From: Candidatus Firestoneibacteriota bacterium
Lineage (GTDB): Bacteria > Oederibacteriota > D2-FULL-39-29 > JBBTED01
Assembly: GCA_038042445.1 (NCBI GenBank)
Contig: JBBTED010000158.1
Span: forward strand, 1 to 26,595
Direction: 5' to 3'
Length of the DNA stretch: 26,595 nt
Numbering within the stretch: position 1 is the stretch's first letter; every line of letters starts with the position of its first letter. The position numbers were made by a program, and so were the translations under genes. Below the pieces are notes generated by a model. That model did not search any database. It was not told the DNA's origin and saw nothing but the letters and a program-made list of their open reading frames with translations. Positions 26,393 to 26,595 of this stretch are shown here, piece after piece.

Positions 26393-26487
26393 TTGATACG
26401 GAATCCAAAACAGTGAAATAATTACATATTTATTGGATTCCTGCGAAATAGACTGTTTAAAAATACAAAACTGCTGTTTACCTATAT

Positions 26488-26595
26488 TTAAAATTCTCCT
26501 GTTATCGCAACTATTGCTGGAACTGCATTTTTCTTTGATGAAATTATACCTATTGATTTTATTTTTATATCTGGTTTCGGATTTTTCCAGAGGTG
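26488..26595 (-). CDS. 3' end of an unidentified protein, probably a carbohydrate-active enzyme C-terminal module; enters from the right edge
   Basis: Not in the ORF track. Translation HLWKNPKPDIKIKSIGIISSKKNAVPAIVAITGEF*. The W.NP.P...I.SI...S....P...AIT.E pattern is one I recall from C-termini of large glycoside hydrolase-type proteins. Confidence 0.6.
   Translation of the reverse strand, partial: HLWKNPKPDIKIKSIGIISSKKNAVPAIVAITGEF

Larger units (their letters stand above)
26231..26445. repeat. Palindromic host repeat of the GTCATTCC...GGAATCCA/TGGATTCC type, interrupted by a MITE
   Basis: Removing 26246-26395 restores ATCATTCTACACTTGATACGGAATCCAA. GGAATCCAA (26400-26408) pairs with TTGGATTCC (26433-26441). 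Same architecture as 3229-3323. Confidence 0.55.

Noticed and set aside
1..26595. CRISPR array, tRNA, rRNA or autonomous transposase
   Set aside because: There are no regularly spaced direct repeats with spacers, no cloverleaf or rRNA signatures in the short intergenic regions, and no transposase-like ORF.

Overview
AT-rich bacterial chromosomal segment (roughly 30% GC by eye) in which every credible gene lies on the minus strand. A secretin implies a diderm envelope; the taxon cannot be fixed from sequence alone. In transcription order (right to left) the genes are: the 3' end of an unidentified carbohydrate-active-type protein, a PilQ-like secretin, aroB, aroC, aroK, a YfhO/GT-C membrane protein, a Gfo/Idh/MocA oxidoreductase, a lipoprotein, valS, dprA, topA, xerC, an apgM-like gene, a URO-D-family gene, lysC, a membrane-anchored hypothetical, a HAMP adenylate cyclase, a PIG-L remnant and a PocR-AraC regulator. 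These are followed by an unexplained catabolic operon: an atypical five-bladed propeller hydrolase, two paralogous cupins and a TPP-dependent E1-alpha that runs off the left edge. Most of the window is housekeeping. The less ordinary content is: (1) the PocR-linked operon; (2) a dense, diverse set of small palindromic elements, including GTAG-REPs, TIR-bounded MITEs nested with other palindromes, one element inserted in frame in a membrane protein, one supplying the aroB stop codon and one possibly forming an AroK N-terminal extension; (3) an internally deleted PIG-L deacetylase remnant missed by the ORF track; (4) a nested in-frame aspartokinase beta-subunit start; (5) two likely leaderless transcripts. 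No rRNA, tRNA, CRISPR array or transposase was seen. All calls come from motif recognition without database searches.
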